Shown one piece after another: positions 1 through 7,760 of a stretch of 64,000 nt of DNA; position 1 is the first letter of the stretch, and each line of letters opens with the position of its first letter. The stretch lies in the IMG/VR virus record IMGVR_UViG_3300010367_000168, positions 1 to 64,000 of that record. One strand, 5' to 3'. Below the pieces are notes generated by a model, which was not told the origin of the DNA, ran no database searches, and worked only from the letters and a program-made list of their open reading frames with translations. Source of the stretch: a virus. Position numbers and translations under genes: made by a program.

Positions 1-1
1 C

Positions 2-490
2 ATCTGGGTCAAGCAGCACTTCGTGGTGTCGCGGGGCGACTACCACTGGATGCATGAGCCCTGCTGGTATGCGGTCCGCAAGGGCAAGACCGGGCACTAC
101 AACGGGGATCGGAAGCAGACCACCGTTTGGGAGATCAAGAACAACAACCCGATGGGTGCGGGCAAGGGCAAGGAGAAGACCTGGGATCACGGCACGCAGA
201 AGCCGGTCGAGTGCATGCGCAAGCCGATCGAGAACAACTCCTCCGCCGGCCAGGCCGTTTACGATCCCTTCCTCGGGTCGGGCACGACGCTGATCGCGGC
301 CGAGATGATGGGCCGCGCCGGCTACGGCTGCGAGCTGAACCCGGTCTATTGCGACGTGATCATTCGCCGCTGGCAGGAATTCACGGGCGAGGAGGCCCGC
401 CTGGACGGGACCGGCGAGACCTACGAGGCCGTCCAGGCCCGGCGCCTCCAGGCCCCGACGCACCCCGAGCTGGCCAAGACGGTCCAGTGA
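2..490 (+). CDS. DNA N4/N6-methyltransferase, C-terminal part (5' end outside window)
   Basis: Frame is open from the window edge. It carries the AdoMet motif DPFLGSGTT and the EPCWY..KGK region typical of beta-class N4/N6 DNA methylases that precede phage terminase genes. Confidence 0.8.
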   Translation: MWVKQHFVVSRGDYHWMHEPCWYAVRKGKTGHYNGDRKQTTVWEIKNNNPMGAGKGKEKTWDHGTQKPVECMRKPIENNSSAGQAVYDPFLGSGTTLIAAEMMGRAGYGCELNPVYCDVIIRRWQEFTGEEARLDGTGETYEAVQARRLQAPTHPELAKTVQ

Positions 491-508
491 CAGCGGAAGG
501 ACGATCCT

Positions 509-784
509 ATGAGCTATTCCTTCAGCGTGACGGCCGACACCAAAGCCGAAGCCAAGGAGAAGATCGCCGCGGAACTGGAGCGTGTTGCCAGCGATCAGCC
601 GGTCCACGCCACGGACCGCGCCGCGGCCCAAGCCGCCGCGGAATCGTTCGTGGATCTGTTGAGCGAGCCCGCTGAAGGTCAAACGATCGTCGTCAACGTC
701 AACGGCTCTCTCGGTTGGCTCACCGAGGGTGACTTTTGCAGCGCCAATGTCGGCATCGGCGCGCGGGTCGGTGCCAAGACTTAG
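509..784 (+). CDS. hypothetical phage protein (91 aa)
   Basis: ORF track, GGAAGGA RBS-like sequence upstream, GC-rich third positions. No family recognised. Confidence 0.5.
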   Translation: MSYSFSVTADTKAEAKEKIAAELERVASDQPVHATDRAAAQAAAESFVDLLSEPAEGQTIVVNVNGSLGWLTEGDFCSANVGIGARVGAKT

Positions 785-796
785 GGGGGGCTGCTG

Positions 797-976
797 ATGA
801 TCTTGCGCGCAGACCTGTCGCCAGAGTCGGCCGCCGTCGCGCTGGAGCGCCTGGACGCGGCTCTCCTGGCCCTTGCAGCGGTGATGGCGGCCAATGCCGC
901 GGCCCTGCGGGAATGCGGCCTGGCCATCGTCCATTGGGCAGAAACCGAACGATGCAGAGCCGCCGGCTCTCGCTGA
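797..976 (+). CDS. small hypothetical protein (59 aa)
   Basis: Hand-translated ATG 797 to TGA 974-976, below the ORF-track cutoff. GC-rich third positions. Its 3' end overlaps the next start. Confidence 0.3.
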   Translation: MILRADLSPESAAVALERLDAALLALAAVMAANAAALRECGLAIVHWAETERCRAAGSR

Positions 977-1359
977 TCGAAGCCTGCACCTCGACGGCAA
1001 TCGGGTTCGTCGTCGCCACTGCGACGCAGATCGCCGTGTTCCCGCTCTTCGGGCTGCACACCAGCCTCGGCGAGAACATGGCGATCGGCGCGATCTTCAC
1101 GGTTGTTTCCATCGCCCGCTCGTACCTCGTGCGGCGCCTGTTCGAGACCTTGCATGTCAAAGCTCCGATCCTCTGCCAAGCCGACCGCGCTGAAGCTCAT
1201 CCAGGGCAACCCCGGCAAGAGGCCAATCAACAAGCGCGAGCCGAAGCCGATCTCTGCGATCCCCGACCCGCCGGAAGTGTTGTCGACGGCCGCTGCGATC
1301 GAATGGATGCGGATCACGCCGGAACTGCATGCCCTTGGGCTGCTGACCGGCCTGGATAG
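952..1359 (+). CDS. small membrane protein (two predicted TM helices)
   Basis: Sequence MQSRRLSLIEACTSTAIGFVVATATQIAVFPLFG...AIGAIFTVVSIARSYLVRRLF. The last ~65 codons overlap terS out of frame, so the true C-terminus is uncertain. Confidence 0.45.
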   Translation: MQSRRLSLIEACTSTAIGFVVATATQIAVFPLFGLHTSLGENMAIGAIFTVVSIARSYLVRRLFETLHVKAPILCQADRAEAHPGQPRQEANQQARAEADLCDPRPAGSVVDGRCDRMDADHAGTACPWAADRPG

Positions 1360-1636
1360 GGCCGCCCTGGCCGCGTACTGCCAAGCCTATGGTCGGTGGG
1401 TCCAGGCCGAGAAGGCCATTGCCGAGATGGCCAAGCGGGATCTCCTGACCGGTGGTCTGATGATCAAGACGAGCAACGGCAACGCCATCCAGAACCCGCT
1501 CGTCGGCACCGCCCACAAGGCCGCCGCCGACATGGTCCGGTACGCCTGCGAATTCGGCATGAGTCCGGCGGCGCGATCCCGTATCGCCGCTGGTCCGATC
1601 GAGGACGGGTCGAAGTTCGACGGGCTGCTTGCCTAA
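1154..1636 (+). CDS. terS: terminase small subunit (P27-family-like)
   Basis: N-terminus MSKLRSSAKPTALKLIQGNPGKRPINKREPKP and a helical body typical of P27-type TerS. It lies immediately upstream of terL. Confidence 0.8.
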   Translation: MSKLRSSAKPTALKLIQGNPGKRPINKREPKPISAIPDPPEVLSTAAAIEWMRITPELHALGLLTGLDRAALAAYCQAYGRWVQAEKAIAEMAKRDLLTGGLMIKTSNGNAIQNPLVGTAHKAAADMVRYACEFGMSPAARSRIAAGPIEDGSKFDGLLA

Positions 1637-3218
1637 GAAGCGCGGCGCGTTCCCCGAACGCGCAGAGAGGGTCCGCCGCTTCATTGAATGCCTGATCGTC
1701 CCGTCCGGCGTTGGCCAGGGTGGACCGCTTCGGACGCGGCGGTTCCAAAGGAAGTTCATCCAGGCGATCTATGAGCCCCATACCTTCAAGGGGCGGCGAT
1801 GGCGCCGGGTGGTGCGGCGGGCGATCCTCTCCATCGCCCGGAAGAACGGAAAGACGGCGCTGATCGCGGCCCTCGTGCTGGTCCATCTGTGCGGACCCGA
1901 GGCGATCCCGAACGGCGAAATCTACTCGGCCGCGAACGAAAGAGAGCAGGCCGCCCAGGTCTTCAAGGTCTGCCAGCAGATGATCGCGGCGGACCCGGAA
2001 CTGCGTTCTCGAGCCGGGCTTGAGGTGATCCCGTCCACGAAGACGATCATCTGCCGCCGGAACGGCTCGGTCTATCGGGCGATCTCGGCCGAGGCCGGGA
2101 CCAAGATGGGCTTGAACCCGAGCGTCGTCGTTTATGACGAGCTGGCGCAGAGCAAGAACCGGGCTCTCTACGATGCTCTCGACTCTGGCATGGGCGCCCG
2201 CGAGGAGCCGCTCTTCATCATCATCAGCACGCAATCGAATGATCCGCAGCACATCCTGTCGCAACTGATCGATGACGGGCTTCGGGCCGAAGACCCCACG
2301 ATCGTCTGCCATCTCTACGCGGTCCCCGACGACGCCGAAGACATCTTCGATGAAGCCGTCTGGCCGCTCGCTAATCCGGCTCTGGACGATTTCCGCTCCC
2401 TGGAGGACATGCGGGCGATGGCGCAACGGGCGTCACGCATGCCTTCGTTCGAGGCGTCCTTCCGCAACCTCTATTTGAACCAACGGGTCGATGCGCAGAG
2501 CCCGCTGATCCCGCGGTCGGAATGGGAGGCGTGCAAGGTCGCCGAGACCCTCCAGCCGGGCGAGCGGATCTATCTAGGGCTCGACCTGTCGGCGACCACC
2601 GATCTCACGGCCCTCGTCGCCTGCTCGGCGGACGGCGGCGACCGGATCGGGTCGTGGTTCTGGAAGCCGGGCGGGTTGGTCAAGGAGCACGAGCTGCGGG
2701 ACCGGGCGCCCTATTCCCTGTGGAAGGAGCAGGGCTGGCTCAGAGCCCCACCGGGCAAGGCCATCGACTACGGCTACATCGCCGAGCAGATCGCGGAGCT
2801 GTCCACCGACTACGACATTGTCGGCCTGGCTTATGATCGCTGGCGGATCAAGGACTTGATGCGGGAGTTCGACCGCATTGGCCTGCGCGCCTACGCGGAC
2901 GACGACAAGCCCATCCCCGGCGGCCTGCGGCTCGTCTCCTGGGGCCAGGGCTTCCGGGATATGAGCCCGGCGATCGACGCTCTGGAGATCTCGATCCTGC
3001 AGCGCAGGTTCGCTCACAACGGCAACCCGGTGCTCAACTTCTGCATCGCCAATGCGCAGGCCGTGAGCGACCCGGCCGGCAACCGTAAGCTCGACAAGTC
3101 GGCAACCCGGTTCCGCATCGACGGTGCGGTCGCGACGGCCATGGCTGTTGGGCTCAAGGCCCGCGACCTCCAGCGGGTCGTGCAGCCGACCTATCAGATG
3201 CTCTTCCTGGGGAGCTAG
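1629..3218 (+). CDS. terL: terminase large subunit
   Basis: 529 aa. ATPase N-half (ARKNGKTALIAALVL, VVYDELAQ) and nuclease C-half of Terminase_1 type. TTG start overlaps the terS stop. Confidence 0.9.
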   Translation: MPKKRGAFPERAERVRRFIECLIVPSGVGQGGPLRTRRFQRKFIQAIYEPHTFKGRRWRRVVRRAILSIARKNGKTALIAALVLVHLCGPEAIPNGEIYSAANEREQAAQVFKVCQQMIAADPELRSRAGLEVIPSTKTIICRRNGSVYRAISAEAGTKMGLNPSVVVYDELAQSKNRALYDALDSGMGAREEPLFIIISTQSNDPQHILSQLIDDGLRAEDPTIVCHLYAVPDDAEDIFDEAVWPLANPALDDFRSLEDMRAMAQRASRMPSFEASFRNLYLNQRVDAQSPLIPRSEWEACKVAETLQPGERIYLGLDLSATTDLTALVACSADGGDRIGSWFWKPGGLVKEHELRDRAPYSLWKEQGWLRAPPGKAIDYGYIAEQIAELSTDYDIVGLAYDRWRIKDLMREFDRIGLRAYADDDKPIPGGLRLVSWGQGFRDMSPAIDALEISILQRRFAHNGNPVLNFCIANAQAVSDPAGNRKLDKSATRFRIDGAVATAMAVGLKARDLQRVVQPTYQMLFLGS

Positions 3219-3295
3219 GCGGCGCGACGACCGGCTTCGTCTTGGGCCGAAGCCTGCGAGGTGGGGGCTCGGGCCGCCGCGCCGAGGCCGATCTT

Positions 3296-3315
3296 AGGGC
3301 ACACATTTGAGACCT
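3296..3315. promoter_or_regulatory. operator-like 7-6-7 dyad AGGGCAC-ACATTT-GAGACCT
   Basis: Member of the AGGGCWC-N6-GWGCCCT family seen at other intergenic sites. It lies in the terL-capsid gap. Confidence 0.4.
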
Positions 3316-3317
3316 AC

Positions 3318-3342
3318 AAGGGCGCAGTCTTGTGCCCTTTTT
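3318..3342 (+). terminator. hairpin plus T-run between terL and capsid gene
   Basis: AAGGGCGCA-GTCT-TGTGCCCTT stem (one G-U pair) followed by a T5 run. It overlaps the upstream ATG 3332, which favours ATG 3359 as the capsid gene start. Confidence 0.45.
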
Positions 3343-3358
3343 GCTTCTGGAGCTGCCC

Positions 3359-5299
3359 ATGCTTGATCGGGCCTACAGCGTCCTGCACGTCCGCAGCGTC
3401 AACGACGAGGACCGGGTGATCGAGGGCATCGCCTCGACCCCGCGGCCGGACCGTATCGGCGATGTCGTCGAGCCCATGGGCGCCAAGTTCGCGCTGCCGA
3501 TGCCTCTGCTTTGGCAGCACAACGCCACGATGCCGGTCGGCCACGTCGAGTTCGCCAAGCCGACCAAGGAAGGCATCCCGTTCCGAGCCGTCATCGCGAA
3601 GATCTCCGATGCCGGCACTCTCCGCGATCGTGTCGACGAAGCATGGCAGTCGGTCAAGGCCGGCCTCGTCCGTGCTGTGTCGATCGGCTTCCGGGCCATC
3701 GATCGCGAGTTCCTCGAAGGCGGCGGCATCCGCTTCCGCACTTGGGAATGGCTGGAGCTGTCGCTCGTAACCATTCCCGCCAATGCGGACGCCACCATCA
3801 CCGCCATTCGATCGATCGACGCCGAACTCCGGGCCGCGACCGGCCAGTCGGAGCGCAGGGCCGATCGTCCCAAGCTGCCCGGCGCCTCGGGCTCCCTGAA
3901 ACACAATGCGAAGAAAGGGGCCAAGGCTATGCCGAGGACCATCGCAGAGCAGATCGCTGCATTTGAGAACACCCGCGCCGCAAAGGCCGCGCGGATGGGC
4001 GACATCATGAACGAGGCTGGCGAGAACGATGTCACCCTCGATACCGAGCAGGCCGATGAGTATGACGGCCTGCGGGACGAGGTGAAGGAGATCGACTCCC
4101 ATCTCGGCCGGCTGCGCGAGCAGGAGGCCCTCCAGGCCGTCACCGCCCGTCCGGTCACCACGGTTGCCACTGAGCGCGGCCTGGCCGACCGGGGCCAGAG
4201 CCCGATCGCCATCGTCCGCGAGACCAAGCTGCCGCCCGGCATCGAGTTCGCCCGCTACGTCAAGGCGCTCGCCGCGGCGAAGGGCAACCCGCAGATCGCG
4301 TTCGAGATCGCGAAGTCGCAGTATCCCGAAAACGGCCGCATCCACAATGTGCTCAAGGCCGCGGTGGCCGCGGGCACCACGACCGACCCGACCTGGGCCG
4401 GCCCGCTGGTGGATTACCAGACCTTCGCCGGGGACTTCATCGAGTTCCTGCGGCCGACCACCATCCTCGGCAAGTTCGGCGCCAATGGCATCCCGAACCT
4501 GTTCAACGTGCCGTTCAACATCAAGATCCCGGCACAGACCAGCGGCGGCAATGCCTACTGGGTCGGCGAAGGCAAGCCGAAGCCCCTGACCAAGTTCGAT
4601 TTCTCGCAGATCGAACTGCGCTGGGCCAAGATCGCGAGCATCGCGGTCCTGACCGAGGAGCTGGTCCGCTTCAGCAACCCGAGCGCGGACACCCTCGTCC
4701 GCAACGCCCTGGCCGAGGCGGTGCGGGCCCGCATGGACACCGACTTCATCGACCCGGCCAAGGCCGCGGTCGCGAACGTGTCCCCGGCGTCCATCACCAA
4801 CGGCGTCGCCCCGATCGTCTCGACCGACGACGTTTCGGCCGATCTGGACGCGCTGTACACGGCGTTCATCACCGCGAACCTGTCGACGGCCAACGCGGTC
4901 TTCATCATGAGCGAGATCCTCGCGCAGCAGATCGCTCGCGTGAAGACCCCGCTCGGTCAGACCGAATATCCCAACATCGGGCCGCGCGGCGGCTCGCTGG
5001 AGGGCGTGCCCGTCATCACGTCGCAGTACGTGCCGGCTGGTACGATCATCCTCGTGGCGGCCGACCAGGTCTACCTCGCGGACGACGGTCAGGTCGTGAT
5101 CGACGCCTCCCGCGAGGCGTCCCTGGAGATGCTGGACAACCCGACCAACAGCTCGGCGCCGCCGACTGCCACGTCGCTGGTCTCGCTCTGGCAGACCAAC
5201 TCCATCGGCATCAAGGCCGAGCGCTTCATCAACTGGCAGAAGCGCCGGGCCCAGGCCGTCGCGCTCGTGACCGGCGCCAACTACGCGCCGACCACCTAA
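3359..5299 (+). CDS. prohead protease / major capsid protein fusion (HK97 type)
   Basis: N-terminal ~180 aa resemble an HK97-family prohead protease (MLDRAYSVLHVRSV..IEGIASTP..DRIGDVV). A coiled-coil linker follows, then a C-terminal HK97-type major capsid domain. TGGAG RBS precedes ATG 3359. Confidence 0.85.
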   Translation: MLDRAYSVLHVRSVNDEDRVIEGIASTPRPDRIGDVVEPMGAKFALPMPLLWQHNATMPVGHVEFAKPTKEGIPFRAVIAKISDAGTLRDRVDEAWQSVKAGLVRAVSIGFRAIDREFLEGGGIRFRTWEWLELSLVTIPANADATITAIRSIDAELRAATGQSERRADRPKLPGASGSLKHNAKKGAKAMPRTIAEQIAAFENTRAAKAARMGDIMNEAGENDVTLDTEQADEYDGLRDEVKEIDSHLGRLREQEALQAVTARPVTTVATERGLADRGQSPIAIVRETKLPPGIEFARYVKALAAAKGNPQIAFEIAKSQYPENGRIHNVLKAAVAAGTTTDPTWAGPLVDYQTFAGDFIEFLRPTTILGKFGANGIPNLFNVPFNIKIPAQTSGGNAYWVGEGKPKPLTKFDFSQIELRWAKIASIAVLTEELVRFSNPSADTLVRNALAEAVRARMDTDFIDPAKAAVANVSPASITNGVAPIVSTDDVSADLDALYTAFITANLSTANAVFIMSEILAQQIARVKTPLGQTEYPNIGPRGGSLEGVPVITSQYVPAGTIILVAADQVYLADDGQVVIDASREASLEMLDNPTNSSAPPTATSLVSLWQTNSIGIKAERFINWQKRRAQAVALVTGANYAPTT

Positions 5300-5304
5300 T
5301 CGGG

Positions 5305-5853
5305 GTGATCTGGCACGCGACACCCTGGCTCTCGGGCGACATCGGCGGCGGGTTGAACCTGTTCGTCGAGCGCCTGCCCGAGGACGCCTGGGTCTGCCTT
5401 CGTGACGGCGACACGATCTGGCTCACGTCAGATTGGGGCGACCAAGTTGAGCGGGTGGTAGCCGAGCACGGCGAGACTTTTGCGGTGCTCGGCTGCATGA
5501 CCAATCGGCTCCGGTCGCCCCACCAGCTCCACGGCGGCGTCATGTCGACCGATCCGGACATCGGGCGGCACCGCGATATCGCCCTTGCCCGGTGGAAGGA
5601 ACACGGCACCGCGGTTCAACCGCTGACCCGCGGCGTCCTGGCCGGCATGTGCCTGATCTTCCCGAAGCGGGTCTGGGTCGAGCACCCGTTCGAGGAACGC
5701 TCGATCCACTTCGACAAGACGTTCTGCGAGGCGGTGCGGGCCGGCGGTGGCCGGCTCGGCGTCGCTCTCGGGATCTACCTCTTTCATCTCTACCGCTGGG
5801 GCGCGCGGAACCCGTTTGCCTCCACGGCCCATCTTGCAGGGGTCGGTCGATGA
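5305..5853 (+). CDS. GT-A-like glycosyltransferase candidate (182 aa)
   Basis: Pattern LNLFVERLPEDAWVCLRDGDTIWL (DxD-like DGD), LAGMCLIFPKRVW and FDKTFCEAV..GGRLG resembles small GT-A fold transferases. Stop overlaps the next start (ATGA). Confidence 0.45.
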   Translation: MIWHATPWLSGDIGGGLNLFVERLPEDAWVCLRDGDTIWLTSDWGDQVERVVAEHGETFAVLGCMTNRLRSPHQLHGGVMSTDPDIGRHRDIALARWKEHGTAVQPLTRGVLAGMCLIFPKRVWVEHPFEERSIHFDKTFCEAVRAGGGRLGVALGIYLFHLYRWGARNPFASTAHLAGVGR

Positions 5854-7235
5854 AGATCGGCATCGGCGTCACCACGCACAACCGGCGCGAGACATTCCTC
5901 CACTCGCTTGCGCAGATCCGCCGCTTCGCACCGCCGGGTTCGGTGCTTGTCATCGTGGACGACGCCAGCGCCGAGCCGGCACCGGAAGCAACCTTCCGGT
6001 TCACGGTCAACGCCGGCATCGCTCGTGCGAAGAACAAGTGCTTGGAGCTGCTGGACGAAGCCGGGTGCGACGAGTTCTTCCTGTTCGATGACGACACCTA
6101 TCCGCTCTGCCCGGATTGGTGGCGGCCCTACGTCGAGAGCGACGAGCCGCACCTGATGTACATCTTTGCCGATTTCCGTGATCGTCCGACGCTTCGGGAC
6201 ACGACCATCCTCTACGGCGACAGCAAGATCACGGCATACAGCCACGCTCGCGGCTGCATGCTCTATCTCAATCGGCTCTGCCTGGAACGGGCCGGCGGTA
6301 TGAACCCGGCGTTCGGGCGCTGGGGCTGGGAACACCCGAACCTCTCGGAGCGGATCTACAATCTCGGCCTGACCACCTTCCGATATGCCGATGTCACCGG
6401 CAGCGACCGGCTGATCCATAGTGGCGACGAATTCCTGGAGGTGAAGTCGACGGTCTACGGCGAGGAGCGCCAGAAGTGGATCGCCCGCAATCGCGGCCTC
6501 CACCAGGGGCTCCGGGACGCGACCGAGTTCGTGCCCTTCCGGGCAACCGAGGACGTGGTCCTGTCCTGCTATTTCACCGGACAGCCGGACCCGCAGCGCG
6601 GCGACGCCCGGATGCCCACGAACTACGATGACCTCCTGCCGCTGATCAACAGCATGCACGGGCAGCAGCTCGTGATCTTGCACGACTGCCTGGATGCGCC
6701 GGACACGCCGACGCTCAAGCACGTGCGGGTCGAGACCGCCATTCAGCCCTACTTTCAGCGGTGGATCTCGTACCTCCAGTATCTTCGGGCGCATCCGGAA
6801 ATCGATCGCGTCTTCTGTGTCGATGCGACGGACGTGGAGTTGCTGAACGACCCGTTCATCGAGATGGGCGAGCACCTGTACATCGGCGATGAGCCCTCCC
6901 GGCTCGCATGCCCATGGATGCTCCAGCAGCACCGGGCGATCTTCTTGCTCGAATTCTTCCGCCGATATGGCCATCTGCCGCTGCTCAACGCGGGCCTCCT
7001 CGGGGGCCGGCGCCAGCTCGTGGTGCAGTTTTTGCAGCGGTTGATCTCGGTCTACTTCGACGCCCTGACCGATGCCGCGATCAAGAAGCTGCCGGGCCCA
7101 GGCACGACCGATATGGGCGTCTTCAACTACACTGCTCGAACCTTCTTCGCCGCCCGGCTCAAGCATGGCCGCGAGGTGAATACGGTCTTCAAGAGCTTCT
7201 GCAACGAAGGCCCGAGCTGGTTCCGCCACAAGTAG
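5850..7235 (+). CDS. two-domain glycosyltransferase (GT2-like N-half plus second nucleotide-sugar-transferase-like half)
   Basis: N-half MKIGIGVTTHNRRETF..VLVIVDDASAEP..NAGIARAKNKC..FFLFDDDTYP is a classic GT2 signature. C-half has CVDATDVELLNDPF (DxD-like). The ORF-track N-terminal extension from 5592 has implausible composition. Confidence 0.7.
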   Translation: MKIGIGVTTHNRRETFLHSLAQIRRFAPPGSVLVIVDDASAEPAPEATFRFTVNAGIARAKNKCLELLDEAGCDEFFLFDDDTYPLCPDWWRPYVESDEPHLMYIFADFRDRPTLRDTTILYGDSKITAYSHARGCMLYLNRLCLERAGGMNPAFGRWGWEHPNLSERIYNLGLTTFRYADVTGSDRLIHSGDEFLEVKSTVYGEERQKWIARNRGLHQGLRDATEFVPFRATEDVVLSCYFTGQPDPQRGDARMPTNYDDLLPLINSMHGQQLVILHDCLDAPDTPTLKHVRVETAIQPYFQRWISYLQYLRAHPEIDRVFCVDATDVELLNDPFIEMGEHLYIGDEPSRLACPWMLQQHRAIFLLEFFRRYGHLPLLNAGLLGGRRQLVVQFLQRLISVYFDALTDAAIKKLPGPGTTDMGVFNYTARTFFAARLKHGREVNTVFKSFCNEGPSWFRHK

Positions 7236-7243
7236 AGGTCGCC

Positions 7244-7498
7244 GTGCCAGAACTGATCTCTCTCAGGCCCATGCGTTATCGCCATCGGGCGCTTCGCCCC
7301 GGCGTGCCGTTCACGGTGCCGACCGACATCGAGGCCGACCTTCTGAAGCGGGCCCGCTGTGCCAGGGACGCCGTTCCGAATAATTCGGAGCGCGGCTACG
7401 AGGTGGCGGCCGTCACCGCGGAGGACTCGCCGGCCAGGCCGAAGCTCAAGCGCAAGCCGCAACGGTATCAGCGCCGGGACCTCCGGGCCGATGACTGA
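7244..7498 (+). CDS. hypothetical protein (84 aa)
   Basis: GTG 7244 preceded by GAGG. Alternative ATG at 7271. Basic C-terminus. No family recognised. Confidence 0.4.
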   Translation: MPELISLRPMRYRHRALRPGVPFTVPTDIEADLLKRARCARDAVPNNSERGYEVAAVTAEDSPARPKLKRKPQRYQRRDLRADD

Positions 7499-7757
7499 GC
7501 CCTACAGCGACCTTTGGCCCAGCACCCCGGCGGCCGAGGAGCGGCCGGAGCTGGTCCTCAACGTCCGTGTCCTGGAGGGCGATCTCCAGCGGCTCCGGCT
7601 GCGCCGCGGCGACAAGCTCGTCCTCATGACGGACCGCGTGCTCACAGAGAACGAGCAGGTCCACATCATGCATGAGCATAAGCGGTCCTTCCCCGACCAC
7701 GAACTGATCGTCCTTCCGCCCGGCTTCCGGCTCGGCGTGATCGCGGCATCGGACTAG
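7491..7757 (+). CDS. hypothetical protein (88 aa)
   Basis: ATG 7491 overlaps the upstream stop. Plausible composition. Confidence 0.5.
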   Translation: MTEPYSDLWPSTPAAEERPELVLNVRVLEGDLQRLRLRRGDKLVLMTDRVLTENEQVHIMHEHKRSFPDHELIVLPPGFRLGVIAASD

Positions 7758-7760
7758 CCC

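Noticed and set aside
3314-5323. 669-aa minus-strand ORF opposite the capsid gene. Similar long antisense ORFs lie at 5790-7229, 7446-9434, 13525-15396, 17756-19513, 22550-24838, 29727-31028 and 53429-55786.
   Set aside because: These are shadow ORFs typical of high-GC DNA. Their compositions are implausibly rich in Arg/Gly/Asp/His/Pro, and each lies exactly opposite a gene with clear family signatures.
5592-5849. N-terminal extension of the GT2 ORF (track start 5592). Similar upstream extensions occur at 29052, 30083, 32675, 33045, 35113, 37840, 52994 and 58145.
   Set aside because: The extensions overlap the preceding gene out of frame and are Arg/Pro/Gly-rich. Internal starts with start/stop overlaps or SD-like sequences fit much better.
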